Below, one piece after another: positions 49,763 through 59,749 of a stretch of DNA of 64,000 nt; positions within the stretch are counted from its first letter, which is position 1; the number at the start of each line of letters is the position of its first letter. The notes under the pieces were generated by a model. The model had not been told where the DNA came from and made no database searches. It saw only the letters and a program-made list of their open reading frames with translations. A program made the position numbers and the translations under genes. Origin of the DNA: Anditalea sp. (GTDB lineage Bacteria > Bacteroidota > Bacteroidia > Cytophagales > Cyclobacteriaceae); assembly GCA_035461405.1 (NCBI GenBank), contig DATHVH010000323.1, forward strand, positions 1,626 through 65,625. The letters run 5' to 3'.

Positions 49763-52700
49763 ATGATCAAATTCATATCCATATCCATATCCTTAAGCTT
49801 AAGCTTAATAGCTTGTCTTTGGTCCTGTACTGAACCAGCGATAGATAATCCAACATTGTTTGAATTGGTACCCCCTGAACAGTCAGGTATACAATTCAAT
49901 AATACGATAAAGGAAACGGCATTGGCTAATATTCTTACATATCAGTATTTCTATAATGGAGGTGGTGTAGCCGTGGGAGATGTTAACAATAACGGATTAA
50001 TGGATTTGTTTTTTACCGGAAATATGACTGCCAATAAACTTTATTTAAATAAAGGCAACTTAGAATTTCAGGATATTACCCTTGCTACAGGTACAGCAGG
50101 TCGGGAGGATCACTGGACCACTGGGGCTGTAATGGTAGATATAAACGGTGATGGGCTGATGGACATTTATGTGTGCTATTCAGGTAATTTACCCACTGAT
50201 GCACGGAGAAATCAGTTGTTCGTAAACCAGGGACCAGACGAGCAGGGGATTCCATATTTTGAAGAAATGGCAAAAGCATATGGAATAGATGACCCAGGAT
50301 ATAGTACATCAGCTTTATTTTTTGATTACGATCTAGATGGTGATTTAGATCTTTTATTATTACAGCATAATCCTGAATTGTATAGCAATCTCGATGAATC
50401 AAATTTCAGAAAAAGATTACAGGAGATAGATCCTGATATGAGTACTAAGCTTTATAGAAACAAGGGAGAAAGTTTTGAAGATGTATCTGATCAAGTCGGA
50501 CTGAGCGGCTCTCCCTTGAGCTATGGCCTGGGTGCAAGTGTGGCTGATGTAAATGGCGATGGATATCCCGATATCTATATAGCCAATGATTACTCTTCCC
50601 CCGACTATCTATACATCAATAATGGTGATGGTACATTTACGGATCAAATATCAGAACAAATCGGGCATACCAGCCTATATGCTATGGGTATGGATATAGC
50701 AGATTTTAATAATGATGGGCTCATGGATATCTTCACCCTCGACATGCTTCCTGAGGATAATAGGAGACAAAAACTACTTTTCAGCCCGGAAAACAATGAT
50801 CATTTTGACCTCTTTGTGAAAGTAGGCCTTCATCATCAATATATGCGCAATATGCTGCAGATGAATAACGGAGATGGCACTTTTAGCGAAATTGGGCAAC
50901 TGGCTGGAATATCCAATACAGACTGGAGTTGGGCACCTCTTTTTGCAGATTTTAATAATAGCGGGAGAAAAGATTTATTTGTATCCAATGGTTTTCTCAA
51001 AGATCTAACTAATCTGGATTTTATAAATAATCGAAAAGAATATCTTAAAAACCAGAAAGTTACGCAAGCTGGATTAATGGAACTGATTAATTCTATGCCC
51101 GCCACTCCTTTGCAAAATTACCTTTTTGAAAACCATGGGGATCTGAGTTTTACTAATACAGCAACTGCTTGGGGACTCGATCAACTCAGCAATAGTAATG
51201 GGGCAGTATATGTAGATCTGGACAATGACGGTGATTTGGAACTGGTAGTTAATAATATTAATCAGTCCGCTTTTATCTATAAAAATAATGCACGTGAATC
51301 ACAGAAAACCAATTATCTACAAATAGAATTAAAGGGTGAAGATAAAAACACCCAAGGACTGGGGTCAAGAGTAACTTTATATGCTGATGGACATATCCAG
51401 TTACTCGATCAGAATCCCTATAGAGGTTACCAGGGAAATGTGAGTCCTGTGCTCCATTTTGGTTTAGGGGAATGGAAAAAGATAGACTCATTAGTAATTA
51501 ACTGGCTAAATGGGTCTTCAGAAGTCATCTATAACCCGGAAAGCAATAGTCGTCTCATCTTGTCCCAAGCAAATGCTAGTAATCCACAAAAATCCAAAAT
51601 TACGCAAACACCATTATGGCAGAGAGAGCCAACCGATAATGAAATGATTCATCATAATACCATTTTCAACGATTTTAAAAGGCAGACCCAGCTCATGGAA
51701 AATCTCAGTGCAAAAGGGCCTGTTCTTATTAAAGCGGATATAGATGGGGACGGTCTGGAAGATATTTTTTTGGGAGGAGGACTAGGACAGGCAGGAAAGA
51801 TTTTTCTTCAAAATAAAAATGGTGAATTTAGGGAATCAAGAGATGCTTTTGATGAATATGATGAGGAAGCAGTGGATGTCCATGCAGCTTTCTTCGATGC
51901 AAATCAAAATGGCCATTTAGACCTATATGTAGTAAGAGGTGGCTATCACCAATTTAAAAGTGGAGACCATAAATTAAGGGATGAACTATATATAAATGAC
52001 GGAACCGGAAATTTTACTAAAAGCCCAGAAGGTAGCTTACCAGCAAGATATAGCAGTAGTTCGGTAGCTGTTCCTATAGATTTTAACAAAGATGGCCATA
52101 TCGATCTATTTATTGGGGGAACTTATGTGCCCGGAAGATTTCCGGAGTCAGATGAAAGTTACGTATTACTAAATCAGGGCAATGGAACATTCATAACTGT
52201 AGAAGGAAATGAATGGCCCCTGCTATCGTCGCTTAAACGTATCAATGATGCAGTTGCCATAGATATAAACAATGATGGCAATTCAGAACTTATTATAGCC
52301 TCCGAGTGGGCATCTATAATAATATTAAGTGTTTCAGGCGCTAAACTGGAAAATGTAACTGATCAATATTTCAGTGAAAATCATACTGGACTCTGGAAAA
52401 GTATCTTGATAGAAGATCTGGATGGAGATGGAAAGTTAGAATTAGTAGTAGGAAACCTTGGTTTAAATTCCCAATACAAGGCTAGCAAAGATCAAACTAT
52501 GCAAATGCATTTTGCGGATTTTGATAATAATGGCTCGGTTGATCCTTTACTTTCCTTTTATCTCAATGGTAAGAGATATCCATATCTTTCCCGAGATGAA
52601 CTGACTGCTCAGATGTATAGAAAAAAAGCTCAATTTCCTACCTACAGACAATATGCTGATGCCACTATGGAACAGATATTAACAAAGGAAGAATTGAATA

Positions 52701-53077
52701 ACGCAGAAATATTAGAAGTAAATACTTTAGAAACAATGTTATTTACCTTTCGAGATGGTAAATTCATTTCCTCACCTCTACCCCGCGAAGTTCAGATGGC
52801 ACCGGTTGCTTCCATTACAGCAATAACTTCTGAGAAAGGGCAGAAAGATATATTCATAGCTGGAAATAGCAATCATTCTAGAATAAAAATCGGTAAAATG
52901 GATGCTAATCACGGCATATTACTTAGGGCCAATGAAAATTTAAATTATAGCTATATACCTCAATATCTTTCTGGGTTTAAATTAAGGGGCGATATAAATA
53001 AATCTTTGATTATCAATGATAAATTATACCTAGGAATACACCATTTTCCTGTAGCGGTATATAGGACAGCTCAATAA
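49763..53077 (+). CDS. VCBS/FG-GAP repeat lipoprotein with ASPIC/UnbV domain (CRTAC1-like)
   Basis: LWSC lipobox, many DxDxDGxxD repeats, RGYQGN...LHFGLG. Confidence 0.85.
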   Translation: MIKFISISISLSLSLIACLWSCTEPAIDNPTLFELVPPEQSGIQFNNTIKETALANILTYQYFYNGGGVAVGDVNNNGLMDLFFTGNMTANKLYLNKGNLEFQDITLATGTAGREDHWTTGAVMVDINGDGLMDIYVCYSGNLPTDARRNQLFVNQGPDEQGIPYFEEMAKAYGIDDPGYSTSALFFDYDLDGDLDLLLLQHNPELYSNLDESNFRKRLQEIDPDMSTKLYRNKGESFEDVSDQVGLSGSPLSYGLGASVADVNGDGYPDIYIANDYSSPDYLYINNGDGTFTDQISEQIGHTSLYAMGMDIADFNNDGLMDIFTLDMLPEDNRRQKLLFSPENNDHFDLFVKVGLHHQYMRNMLQMNNGDGTFSEIGQLAGISNTDWSWAPLFADFNNSGRKDLFVSNGFLKDLTNLDFINNRKEYLKNQKVTQAGLMELINSMPATPLQNYLFENHGDLSFTNTATAWGLDQLSNSNGAVYVDLDNDGDLELVVNNINQSAFIYKNNARESQKTNYLQIELKGEDKNTQGLGSRVTLYADGHIQLLDQNPYRGYQGNVSPVLHFGLGEWKKIDSLVINWLNGSSEVIYNPESNSRLILSQANASNPQKSKITQTPLWQREPTDNEMIHHNTIFNDFKRQTQLMENLSAKGPVLIKADIDGDGLEDIFLGGGLGQAGKIFLQNKNGEFRESRDAFDEYDEEAVDVHAAFFDANQNGHLDLYVVRGGYHQFKSGDHKLRDELYINDGTGNFTKSPEGSLPARYSSSSVAVPIDFNKDGHIDLFIGGTYVPGRFPESDESYVLLNQGNGTFITVEGNEWPLLSSLKRINDAVAIDINNDGNSELIIASEWASIIILSVSGAKLENVTDQYFSENHTGLWKSILIEDLDGDGKLELVVGNLGLNSQYKASKDQTMQMHFADFDNNGSVDPLLSFYLNGKRYPYLSRDELTAQMYRKKAQFPTYRQYADATMEQILTKEELNNAEILEVNTLETMLFTFRDGKFISSPLPREVQMAPVASITAITSEKGQKDIFIAGNSNHSRIKIGKMDANHGILLRANENLNYSYIPQYLSGFKLRGDINKSLIINDKLYLGIHHFPVAVYRTAQ

Positions 53078-53128
53078 ATGTTTCATTTACCATTTACATT
53101 TAAAAAAAATACAACGATATGAAATCGA

Positions 53129-53216
53129 GCCTGACTGAAGGCAGACAGGCATGAGGCTGAGTAATAGAAGCAGATTATAAAGAATGAGAGATTCCATCCC
53201 AACCTTCGATACGGGA
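53129..53216. repeat. Two short GC-rich degenerate palindromes (REP-like)
   Basis: GCCTGaCTG-aagg-CAGaCAGGC and TCCC...GGGA in an AT-rich spacer. Confidence 0.35.
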
Positions 53217-53250
53217 CAAGTTATGGCCATTAAAAAACTATTATAAACAT

Positions 53251-55011
53251 ATGAAAAAATTCATTAACCTTCTTTTAGGAATAACTGCGGGATTTATGAT
53301 CTCGTGTCAGCAAAATACTTTAAGCAATAATGTAGGTGAAACTGACCAAATAAAAATTAACCAGATCGGGTATTATCCGGGTACCAAAAAATTTGCCGCC
53401 ATTCCAGCTGAATCGGCTCAAGGTGCTTTTCACCTTACAAAGGCGGATGGAAACACCATTGTTTATGAAGGCACGCTATCGGAGCCTTTTTCTGCAGATT
53501 ATTCGGATAAAAAAACCCGGATTGCTGATTTTTCAGCTTTTACTGAAAAAGGGGTTTATAGATTGGTCGTTCCATCTCTTGGTAAATCTTTTCCTTTTAC
53601 TATCGGAGAAAGCGTATTTGAAAACCTAGCAAAAGGATCAATCAAAGCATTTTATTTTAACAGAGCATCTACTTCACTCGAGGAAAAACATGCAGATCAA
53701 TGGGCCCGACCTGAAGGCCATCCAGATGATCAAGTGATGATTCATGCCTCTGCAGCATCTGCCCAAAGACCAGAAGGTACTATAGTATCTGCTCCTTTGG
53801 GCTGGTATGATGCCGGTGACTACAATAAGTACATAGTCAATAGCGGCATCACCATGGGGACCTTATTATCTGTTTATGAAGATTTTCCAGATTATTTTAA
53901 ACAACAGAATTTAAATATACCTGAATCCGATAATCAAATCCCAGATCTGCTAGATGAAATACTCTGGAACCTAAAGTGGATGCTAAAAATGCAAGATCCA
54001 AATGATGGAGGAGTATATCATAAACTAACTACGGCAGAGTTTGAAGGGATGGTAATGCCCCATGAGGCCACTAATCAAAGATATATGGTGGCCAAAAGCA
54101 CTACAGCTACCTTAGATTTTGCAGCAGTAATGGCTCAGGCCAATAGGGTATTTAAGGAATTCAATCCAGATCTTGCCATAGAATGTCTTAAGGCCGCTGA
54201 AATGGCTTGGGGATGGGCTAAGAAATATCCAGATATACTCTACAGACAGGATGAAATGAATAAAGAGCATTCACCACAAATCCAAACAGGGGCCTATGGG
54301 GATAAAAGTGCCGAGGATGAATGGATATGGGCCGCTTCTGAATTATACATTAGTACACATAATTTATCCTATCTAGAAGACATATCAGTTCCTTCTGATC
54401 AGTTCAAACTGCCTACCTGGAGTAACGTAAGCTGGCTGGGATATTATTCTCTCTTAAGACATCGAACCGAACTGAATAATTTACCGGGACCACTCGTAGA
54501 GCAAATAAAGAGTCTTCTCATTACACAAGCTGATAAATATTTAGAAGCAAAGAAAAAATCCCGCTTTCAAACTGTAATGGGATATAGTGCTGAAAATTTT
54601 AATTGGGGGAGTAACTCGAATGCTGCTAATCAAGGTATTTTATTGATTCAGGCATACCTATTAAATGAAAATAGAGAATATCTCGAAGCGGCACTTAGTA
54701 ATCTTGATTATATCTTAGGGAGAAATGCCACGGGATACAGCTTTGTAACAGGCTATGGCTCTAAGACACCTCTTTATCCCCACCATAGACCATCGGAAGC
54801 CGAGCCGGATAAGGCGCCAGTTCCAGGTTTTATAGTAGGCGGGCCTAATCCTGGTCAGCAGGATAAATGCGATTATCCCAGCAGTATACCGGATGAATCA
54901 TACATTGACGAAACCTGCTCCTATGCTTCAAATGAAATTGCCATTAACTGGAATGCTCCCTTTGCATACCTGACCAATGCCCTGGAGGCATTATATGCCA
55001 GAAAAAACTGA
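53251..55011 (+). CDS. GH9 endoglucanase with N-terminal Ig-like (CelD-type) domain, lipoprotein
   Basis: MISC lipobox, INQIGYYP, WYDAGDYNKY, PHHRPS, NEIAINWNA. Confidence 0.92.
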   Translation: MKKFINLLLGITAGFMISCQQNTLSNNVGETDQIKINQIGYYPGTKKFAAIPAESAQGAFHLTKADGNTIVYEGTLSEPFSADYSDKKTRIADFSAFTEKGVYRLVVPSLGKSFPFTIGESVFENLAKGSIKAFYFNRASTSLEEKHADQWARPEGHPDDQVMIHASAASAQRPEGTIVSAPLGWYDAGDYNKYIVNSGITMGTLLSVYEDFPDYFKQQNLNIPESDNQIPDLLDEILWNLKWMLKMQDPNDGGVYHKLTTAEFEGMVMPHEATNQRYMVAKSTTATLDFAAVMAQANRVFKEFNPDLAIECLKAAEMAWGWAKKYPDILYRQDEMNKEHSPQIQTGAYGDKSAEDEWIWAASELYISTHNLSYLEDISVPSDQFKLPTWSNVSWLGYYSLLRHRTELNNLPGPLVEQIKSLLITQADKYLEAKKKSRFQTVMGYSAENFNWGSNSNAANQGILLIQAYLLNENREYLEAALSNLDYILGRNATGYSFVTGYGSKTPLYPHHRPSEAEPDKAPVPGFIVGGPNPGQQDKCDYPSSIPDESYIDETCSYASNEIAINWNAPFAYLTNALEALYARKN

Positions 55012-55043
55012 CCATAAAAATCTTACAAATTTTAATTATATTT

Positions 55044-55086
55044 ATATAGCAAAAGGCTTAAGTCAAAATCTTAGCCTTTGCTATAT
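55044..55086 (+). terminator. PUL terminator
   Basis: ATATAGCAAAAGGCTTAAG-loop-CTTAGCCTTTGCTATAT followed by TTT. Confidence 0.7.
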
Positions 55087-55208
55087 TTTACGAATTTATA
55101 TGTATACTATTTATTTTACGTAGCACTATAGTACCTCTGTCACAATTATTTTTATTAGAATAATTTTTAATTAGTAACTATGTAGTTTTCACATTAAATC
55201 CCTGATCG

Positions 55209-56111
55209 ATGGCAAGCAAACACGACTTAGATTTTAGCTATTCTACCATTGACGAAATTTTTAGACTAAGCATAGGAGAAAATGGGGATTTCAGTGGAGC
55301 TATGTATAACGGTGATTTTTCTCTCACTCTTGAAGAAGCCCAAAGAGCAAAGCATCAATTTATGTATGATAGTCTACACATACAAAAAGGAAATAAAGTA
55401 CTCGACATGGGGTGTGGCTGGGGCCCTTTCTTAAAATTTGTAAAAGATCACGGAGCCAAAGGTATAGGACTTACATTATCCAAAGGTCAGTTATCAGCAT
55501 GCCGGAACAATGGTTTGGAGGTTTACCTTAAAGATTGTAGAAAAATTTCACCTGCAGATTTTGGTTTTTTTGATGCAATAGCCAGTGTGGGAGCTTTTGA
55601 ACATTTTTGTTCTATTGAAGAGTGGCAGGCAGGTAATCAAGAGAAAATTTATTCAGATTTTTTCCAAACAGTAAATGACCTGTTACCCAAAGGAGGTCGT
55701 CTATATTTACAAACTATGACATTTGGGGAGAATATGATAGATTTTGAGGATATGGATATCAATGCCCCTCAGGGTACACCTCCACACCTTCTTGCATTAA
55801 TGGTAAAGCAATTCCCTGGGTCATGGCTTCCATATGGAAATGATATGATCTTAAATTGTGCTAAACCAAATTTTAAATTAATCTCAAGCAGCAGTGGCCG
55901 ATTAGATTACATAGAGACGATCAACCAATGGAGGAAGAGGTTTAGAAAATTTAATCTGAAAAAATATCTGCTATATCTATCCCTACTGCCCCTATATTTT
56001 ACTGATAAAGAATTTCAACACCGGGTAACAGTATTTAAGATTAGCCCCAATAAACTATGTTTTGAAAAAGGCATTATGGATCACTACCGCATGGTTTTAG
56101 AAAAAAAATAA
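55209..56111 (+). CDS. Cyclopropane-fatty-acyl-phospholipid synthase family methyltransferase
   Basis: TLEEAQ, VLDMGCGWG, GLTLSKGQ, SVGAFEHF, FPGSWLP. Confidence 0.8.
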   Translation: MASKHDLDFSYSTIDEIFRLSIGENGDFSGAMYNGDFSLTLEEAQRAKHQFMYDSLHIQKGNKVLDMGCGWGPFLKFVKDHGAKGIGLTLSKGQLSACRNNGLEVYLKDCRKISPADFGFFDAIASVGAFEHFCSIEEWQAGNQEKIYSDFFQTVNDLLPKGGRLYLQTMTFGENMIDFEDMDINAPQGTPPHLLALMVKQFPGSWLPYGNDMILNCAKPNFKLISSSSGRLDYIETINQWRKRFRKFNLKKYLLYLSLLPLYFTDKEFQHRVTVFKISPNKLCFEKGIMDHYRMVLEKK

Positions 56112-56136
56112 AATTCCCATGTAGGTCCAGAAAGTA

Positions 56137-56169
56137 ATAAAACCCGAAAATATTATTCCCGGGTCTTAT
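56137..56169. terminator. Possible bidirectional terminator
   Basis: ATAAAACCCG...CGGGTCTTAT between convergent genes. Confidence 0.5.
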
Positions 56170-56208
56170 CTATTATTAATTAAGATGAAATCCTTAGTGT
56201 GGGAATAT

Positions 56209-57327
56209 TTATGCCTCTACAGCTATTTGCTCTTCAGGTACTTCAATTTTTTCCGCGCTCCCAGCCTTTTTTAAGAAATTATAATGTGACTTTAGTGCAA
56301 GAAAGAAAGTTTCATTTTCATGATATGGCAAGTCATGCTGTATAGCGGTCTCTTTCACTATTTCCGAAATAGCAGGATAATGAATATGGCAAATTTTCGG
56401 AAACAAGTGATGTTCCACCTGAAAATTCAAGCCTCCGCAAAGGAAGGTAGCCACTTTACTCTTTCTGGCAAAGTTAGCTGTAGTCCTAAGTTGGTGCTCA
56501 GCCCAAGCTTCCTCTATATTCTCATGCTCCTCTGGCTCAGGCAAGGTAGTTTGTTCCACAAGGTGGGCCAATTGAAAAACCAAACCTAAAACTAAACCCT
56601 CTGCAAAATTCATAGCCAAAAAGCCGATGACAAACTGCCACCAAGTAATATCCATTACCACTAATGGTATGATGATGAACAGACTATAATAAATAAATTT
56701 ATAAAAGAAGAGGTTAAAATACTGGATTTTAGGATGCTTATTTTGGTGCTTTCCTATGCTCTTTTGAAAAAACTTAAGATAATCCTTTCTAAAAAACCAA
56801 GACATAGAAGCCAAGGAATATAGAAAGAATGCATAGATATGCTGAAATTTATGTATGCTTTTCTTTTCCTCACTGGGAGAAACCCTAACCATTCCCGGCG
56901 CTACCTCCAGATCCCCATCATGACCCACAATATTGGTATAAGTGTGATGAATTTGATTATGGGTAATGTTCCAGACATAATCATTAGCCCCAATGATGTT
57001 AAACAGAAAGCCCAATGATTTATTAACCCAATTTTTTGAAGAATAAGATCCATGAAGGGCATCATGGCAAATATTAAATCCTATAAAGGCCATAGTCATA
57101 CCAAGACCCACTGCCATTAGTAGAGATACCCATATAGAAAATACTTCAGTCAAGATAAGTACGTAGAACCCTACAAAGAAAACAAGGTACACAGCCGTTT
57201 TGATAGCCATTGCTGCATTGGCTTTTTTGGAAATATTATTTGATACAAAATAATTTTCTACTCGTTTTCTAAGCGTATTAAAGAAGAGGGAATTTTTTGA
57301 ATCTATAAATTTAATGGATTGGCTCAT
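56209..57327 (-). CDS. Membrane fatty-acid (acyl-CoA/lipid) desaturase
   Basis: His boxes HDALH, HNQIHH and QVEHH (front-end type third box). Confidence 0.9.
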   Translation of the reverse strand: MSQSIKFIDSKNSLFFNTLRKRVENYFVSNNISKKANAAMAIKTAVYLVFFVGFYVLILTEVFSIWVSLLMAVGLGMTMAFIGFNICHDALHGSYSSKNWVNKSLGFLFNIIGANDYVWNITHNQIHHTYTNIVGHDGDLEVAPGMVRVSPSEEKKSIHKFQHIYAFFLYSLASMSWFFRKDYLKFFQKSIGKHQNKHPKIQYFNLFFYKFIYYSLFIIIPLVVMDITWWQFVIGFLAMNFAEGLVLGLVFQLAHLVEQTTLPEPEEHENIEEAWAEHQLRTTANFARKSKVATFLCGGLNFQVEHHLFPKICHIHYPAISEIVKETAIQHDLPYHENETFFLALKSHYNFLKKAGSAEKIEVPEEQIAVEA

Positions 57328-57789
57328 AGGTAATAAGGGTAATTCTACTAATTTCGGGCGATTATAATTATAACAAAATTTTTATTTAAATGATTTCGAA
57401 AATAAAAAATAATGTTATAAAACTTTTCATATTTTATTATTTTTCAGAATTTTATTTTAAGTTTTTATTCAATGCTCCATGTAGATGTTAAACATAGCAA
57501 ATAGTAAATACTTATTGCAAAATGAAGTTTACCTCTTTATTTTATTGAACTTCAATCAATATCTGAAAGTAAGAAGTGGGTCAGAGGTAACTTTAATATT
57601 TTCTAATAGGGTTTCAATGGTAAAGATATCAATAGAATTTTTAAATCATTTTAATTATTAGAAAGAATAAAGAAGACATTTATCAGTTTTAGGGATAAAT
57701 ATGAATCATTTATTAACCAATGGTACCCAGCATTGTTTTCCTCTTTTAAAAATTAAGGTCATTCCTCCAGGGCTATAGATTATTATTTT

Positions 57790-57827
57790 ACCCATAAATG
57801 GCTATAGATAAAAACCCATAAATGGCT
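57790..57827. repeat. Tandem imperfect palindromes, candidate operator
   Basis: ACCCATAAATGGCT at 57790 and 57814 (24-bp period). Confidence 0.5.
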
Positions 57828-57933
57828 TGTTATCCGTTAATATTTAAAAAAAATTCTTTATAAATAGCTAACCGATTTGATTTTGTTTTTGAACTCCTTA
57901 TTTTTCTTGAAATTTTCAACCATTCTTTAGAAA

Positions 57934-58374
57934 ATGCTATCGCTAGATAAAGCTCAAAAAGAGAAAATCGCCGGATTGTTAATCAAAGGCTTGATTTGTT
58001 TCTATGAAATTGATTCCAAAAAAATGTATTCCATGCCCGATGATGAAGATCATTTTAGCTATGACCTTACTCCAGAAGAGGAAGACATTTTAGATGAAAT
58101 CGAAGAAAATCCGGATAACTATGTGGAATTTATACGGATGGAACCCCACCATGAAAGTCTGATCATGGAAGACTTTGCAGACCGCCATGTGAAGGATAAA
58201 AATTTTCAGGAAGAACTTTTCAATGCATTGGCGAAAAGCAAGCCTGCCTCTAATTTCCGATTTCTCGTAGAAAGCTCACAAGAATACAAGAGAAAGTGGA
58301 ATGAATTTTTACTCTCTAAATATTTAGACTGGGTACAAGAACAGTTGGATAGTCATAACATCATGGAAGATTAA
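57934..58374 (+). CDS. UPF0158-like acidic protein
   Basis: IMEDF...ELFNAL...KPASNFR...W pattern. Confidence 0.7.
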   Translation: MLSLDKAQKEKIAGLLIKGLICFYEIDSKKMYSMPDDEDHFSYDLTPEEEDILDEIEENPDNYVEFIRMEPHHESLIMEDFADRHVKDKNFQEELFNALAKSKPASNFRFLVESSQEYKRKWNEFLLSKYLDWVQEQLDSHNIMED

Positions 58375-58382
58375 GCCAGTTC

Positions 58383-58883
58383 ATGAAAAGGCTTTCCACA
58401 GAGGATATCACCATCAGATCGTTTCTGAATCCTGGAGATATCGGTATGATCACTTATTTACACGGCACTCTGTATCATCAGGAATTTGGCTTTGGGATAA
58501 GTTTTGAAAGCTATGTAGCAGGGGCTTTTTCCGAATTTTATAGTAATTATGATACTCATAAAGATAAGATATGGGTATGTGAACATGATGGTAAAATTAT
58601 TGGATCAATATTGTTAATAGGTAGAGGTAATGGTGAAGCGCAATTGCGTTTTTTTCTCATTCATCCATTATATAGGAATATCGGTCTGGGAAAATATTTG
58701 ATTTCTCAATGCATTAACTTTGCTAAGGCACAATCTTATCAAAAAATTTACCTATGGACCACAGATCAACTTCCAGCTTCTAAACATTTGTATCTTACCC
58801 ACGGCTTTGAGCTACTGGAAGAAAAGTACAGTGAAAGTTTTGGCGTATCTGTGATGGAACAGTACTATGAATTGGTCCTTTAA
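58383..58883 (+). CDS. GNAT acetyltransferase
   Basis: AQLRFFLIHP, RNIGLGK acetyl-CoA loop, HLY...GF. Confidence 0.85.
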   Translation: MKRLSTEDITIRSFLNPGDIGMITYLHGTLYHQEFGFGISFESYVAGAFSEFYSNYDTHKDKIWVCEHDGKIIGSILLIGRGNGEAQLRFFLIHPLYRNIGLGKYLISQCINFAKAQSYQKIYLWTTDQLPASKHLYLTHGFELLEEKYSESFGVSVMEQYYELVL

Positions 58884-58885
58884 TC

Positions 58886-59716
58886 ATGCTCAACTTGAAT
58901 AAAGCTGCTCTTACCTTTTTATCTATATTTATCCTATTTCAAACACTAGGCTTTAGTCAATCCTTAAAAGAAGCCATCCTTCAGAACAGTATCACAATTA
59001 GCTCCCATAGAGGAGTCAGTGTATTAGGGGAAGAGGAAAATAGTATTTTGTCGATGACTAAAGCCTTAACTGAGGGGATTTTACTTCATGAAATAGATAT
59101 TATGGAAAGTAAGGATGGTAAATTGTATTTGCTTCACGATGAAACCCTTGACAGGACCACAGATAAAAAAGGAAAGATAATAGAAACTGATAGCGATATA
59201 TTGGATAGTGCCCACCTGAATGGAACAAAAGAACCTTTACCTACTTTTAAAGAGGCTCTTTATTGGGCAAAGGAAAATGGAGCCTACCTGATGCTGGATG
59301 TAAAATCAGCACCAGTCGCCAAAGTAATGGCCGAAGTAGAGGAGCTAGAGCTGATGGATAGGGTGATGTTGCTTACCTTTAGCAGAGAGAGAACAAAAGA
59401 AGCCATTTCTTATCCAAAATCATTTCTCATATCTGCTCTCATCCAAGATAAATCTGACATCGATTATTTCTCGGATTTATTCACAGGTTCAGATTTTTTA
59501 ATCGGATATATAAATAAATCAGCTGACACTTACCTTTATCAAGAAGTGAAATCTGCCGGAATTCCTATCATTACAGATACTATGGGAGAGCTAGATAAGC
59601 AGGCACACCAGGGTGATGGAAATACTTATATTGATTTTATTAATAGCAAAAACCCAGATATATTGGTCAGCGATTATCCTTTATTGCTTAAGAAGGTGGT
59701 CAACAAGCATTTTTGA
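58886..59716 (+). CDS. Glycerophosphodiester phosphodiesterase family, exported
   Basis: Signal peptide, SHRG, EENS, EID, LHDETLDRTT, SDYP. Confidence 0.9.
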   Translation: MLNLNKAALTFLSIFILFQTLGFSQSLKEAILQNSITISSHRGVSVLGEEENSILSMTKALTEGILLHEIDIMESKDGKLYLLHDETLDRTTDKKGKIIETDSDILDSAHLNGTKEPLPTFKEALYWAKENGAYLMLDVKSAPVAKVMAEVEELELMDRVMLLTFSRERTKEAISYPKSFLISALIQDKSDIDYFSDLFTGSDFLIGYINKSADTYLYQEVKSAGIPIITDTMGELDKQAHQGDGNTYIDFINSKNPDILVSDYPLLLKKVVNKHF

Positions 59717-59749
59717 TCCAAATTGCTTATCTTTTCAAAAACGATAAAG

